Source: Trypanosoma brucei
Taxonomy: Eukaryota
Assembly: GCA_000002445.1 (NCBI GenBank)
Contig: CH464491.1
Span: forward strand, 1,376,001-1,440,000
Reading direction: 5' to 3'
DNA: 64,000 nt
The number at the start of each line of letters is the position of its first letter. Position 1 is the stretch's first letter. The notes beneath the pieces were generated by a model, which searched no databases, was not told where the DNA came from, and was given only the letters and a program-made list of their open reading frames with translations. This document shows, in pieces, positions 62,901 to 64,000 of the stretch. A program made the translations under genes and the position numbers.

Positions 62901-64000
62901 ATGCAGTTAGCTGAGGAACTAAAACAAAAAGGAAACGCGTGTTTTGCGAGTGGTGACGTGGATGGAGCAGTGGCCGCTTATCAGCACGCAATCAATTGCC
63001 TGACAAACGACGCAATACCCGACGATAGAAGCGGTGAGCAGTTGGACACCACTTCTGAGGTTGGGAGGATGTTGGCTGTTCTGTATTCAAACTTGAGTAA
63101 TGCCTACCTTTCGCAACACGATTATACCGGAAGCTGGGAGACTGCTGAAGAGGCGACGCGTTACGACCCTATTTTTGTGAAAGCATGGGTACGTTACATT
63201 CATGCACGGCGCCTGGACGGTTATCCCTTTGAGGCCTTTGTCGCCCTGCTACGGCACCTGCGGCCCTTGTTGCGGAGGGAGGCAGCCACATCTGGTGGTA
63301 AAACAAGTGAGGATGTGGAGGCCAGTCTTAGCCTACCGTTGTACGAAGTCTTGGGTCTCTCCGGTGTGTTGCCACATATTGAACTTCATGATTTTGAAAA
63401 TGGCATAGGAATTGTTGCTCTTCAACCAATAAAACCTAATGAGGTGATTTTGGTGGAGAAACGATTCGAAACGTCGTTCGCGGAGGTTCAGCTAAATTTT
63501 CGGAAAAATTTGACAACAACTAGGATTGTGTCAAGTTTTGCTCAAAAGGTTTTTGCACATCAACAGCGGTGCTCAGAGGAGTGGAAGCGCTTCAAGAAAG
63601 AATTCAAAGGCTGCTGGCCGCGCTCCCCCGAGGATGTGCCTGACGACGTGCGGCGGGAGATTAGCGGTACACTACGGCCAGAGCTGCCACCGATGGAAGA
63701 CAGGGACTTTGAGGAATTGTTCCTCGCATCCACCATGTGCCGCTACAACTGCTTCCACACTGGTTTTTTCCGTGCTTGTGCGCTGGCCAACCACAGTTGC
63801 ATGGCGAACGCGGCAATGAAGTTGAACTCAAGAGGTGACTCGGTGACGCTTATTGCTGTCCGCCCCATCGCTGCCGGCGAGTTCATCAATGTGAAGTACC
63901 TTAGCGATGCACAGTTTCTTATGGGAGTGGGAAAACGCAGGGAGTACCTTCGTTCGTGGCTCTTTTGGTGTGACTGTAGTCGATGCCTTAGCGACAGAAA
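62901..64000 (+). CDS. TPR plus SET-domain protein (lysine methyltransferase-like), 3'-truncated by window end
   Basis: This ORF is not in the supplied track because it has no stop inside the window. ATG 62901 is the first codon after an in-frame TGA. The N-terminus is TPR-like (ELKQKGNACFASGDVDGAVAAYQHAI). The SET C-terminal core has NHSCMANA, GEFINVKY and a post-SET CDCSRC motif. Confidence 0.7.
   Translation, partial: MQLAEELKQKGNACFASGDVDGAVAAYQHAINCLTNDAIPDDRSGEQLDTTSEVGRMLAVLYSNLSNAYLSQHDYTGSWETAEEATRYDPIFVKAWVRYIHARRLDGYPFEAFVALLRHLRPLLRREAATSGGKTSEDVEASLSLPLYEVLGLSGVLPHIELHDFENGIGIVALQPIKPNEVILVEKRFETSFAEVQLNFRKNLTTTRIVSSFAQKVFAHQQRCSEEWKRFKKEFKGCWPRSPEDVPDDVRREISGTLRPELPPMEDRDFEELFLASTMCRYNCFHTGFFRACALANHSCMANAAMKLNSRGDSVTLIAVRPIAAGEFINVKYLSDAQFLMGVGKRREYLRSWLFWCDCSRCLSDR

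Noticed and set aside
1-64000. Search for prokaryote-style novel systems (CRISPR arrays, defence islands, operons, integrases, IS elements)
   Set aside because: The sequence is eukaryotic, a kinetoplastid polycistronic array. There are no repeat-spacer arrays, no transposase, integrase or reverse-transcriptase ORFs, and no inverted terminal repeats. The tandem repeats seen are simple microsatellites.

Overview
This window looks like a chromosome-internal segment of a trypanosomatid (kinetoplastid) nuclear genome, most like Trypanosoma. Every credible protein-coding ORF (23) lies on the + strand, so the window appears to be one long co-directional polycistronic unit with no strand-switch region. 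The genes are intron-less and separated by 0.4-3.9 kb spacers full of polypyrimidine tracts followed by AG (trans-splice acceptor context). The spacers also carry alternating homopurine/homopyrimidine blocks and many (TA)n, (GT)n, (CA)n and trinucleotide microsatellites. Recognisable products, in order, are:
- WD40 protein
- ankyrin+TPR protein
- phosducin-like thioredoxin-fold protein
- tandem AAA+ ATPase
- HEAT-repeat protein
- TFIIS
- RbAp48/MSI1-like histone chaperone WD40 protein
- DDX56/DBP9-type DEAD-box helicase
- FHA-like + PPP-family Ser/Thr phosphatase with large insertions
- axonemal dynein intermediate chain
- NIF/FCP1-like HAD phosphatase
- a 1706-aa Listerin (LTN1)-like RING E3
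- RNI-like LRR protein
- class I (Fe-S) fumarate hydratase
- Rsm22/METTL17-like methyltransferase
- PIG-O/GPI13-type GPI ethanolamine-phosphate transferase
- aspartate aminotransferase
- an S/T-P-rich disordered protein
- a 3'-truncated TPR+SET-domain gene that runs off the window end and is absent from the supplied ORF track
I found no rRNA, tRNA, SL-RNA, CRISPR array or recognisable mobile element. The supplied ORF track accepts GTG/TTG as starts, so several N-termini needed moving to the first ATG. I see no prokaryote-style novel system here. The more interesting items are lineage-divergent proteins (a probable pseudo-AAA, an insertion-bearing FHA-PPP phosphatase) and one unusually long gene-free low-complexity block.
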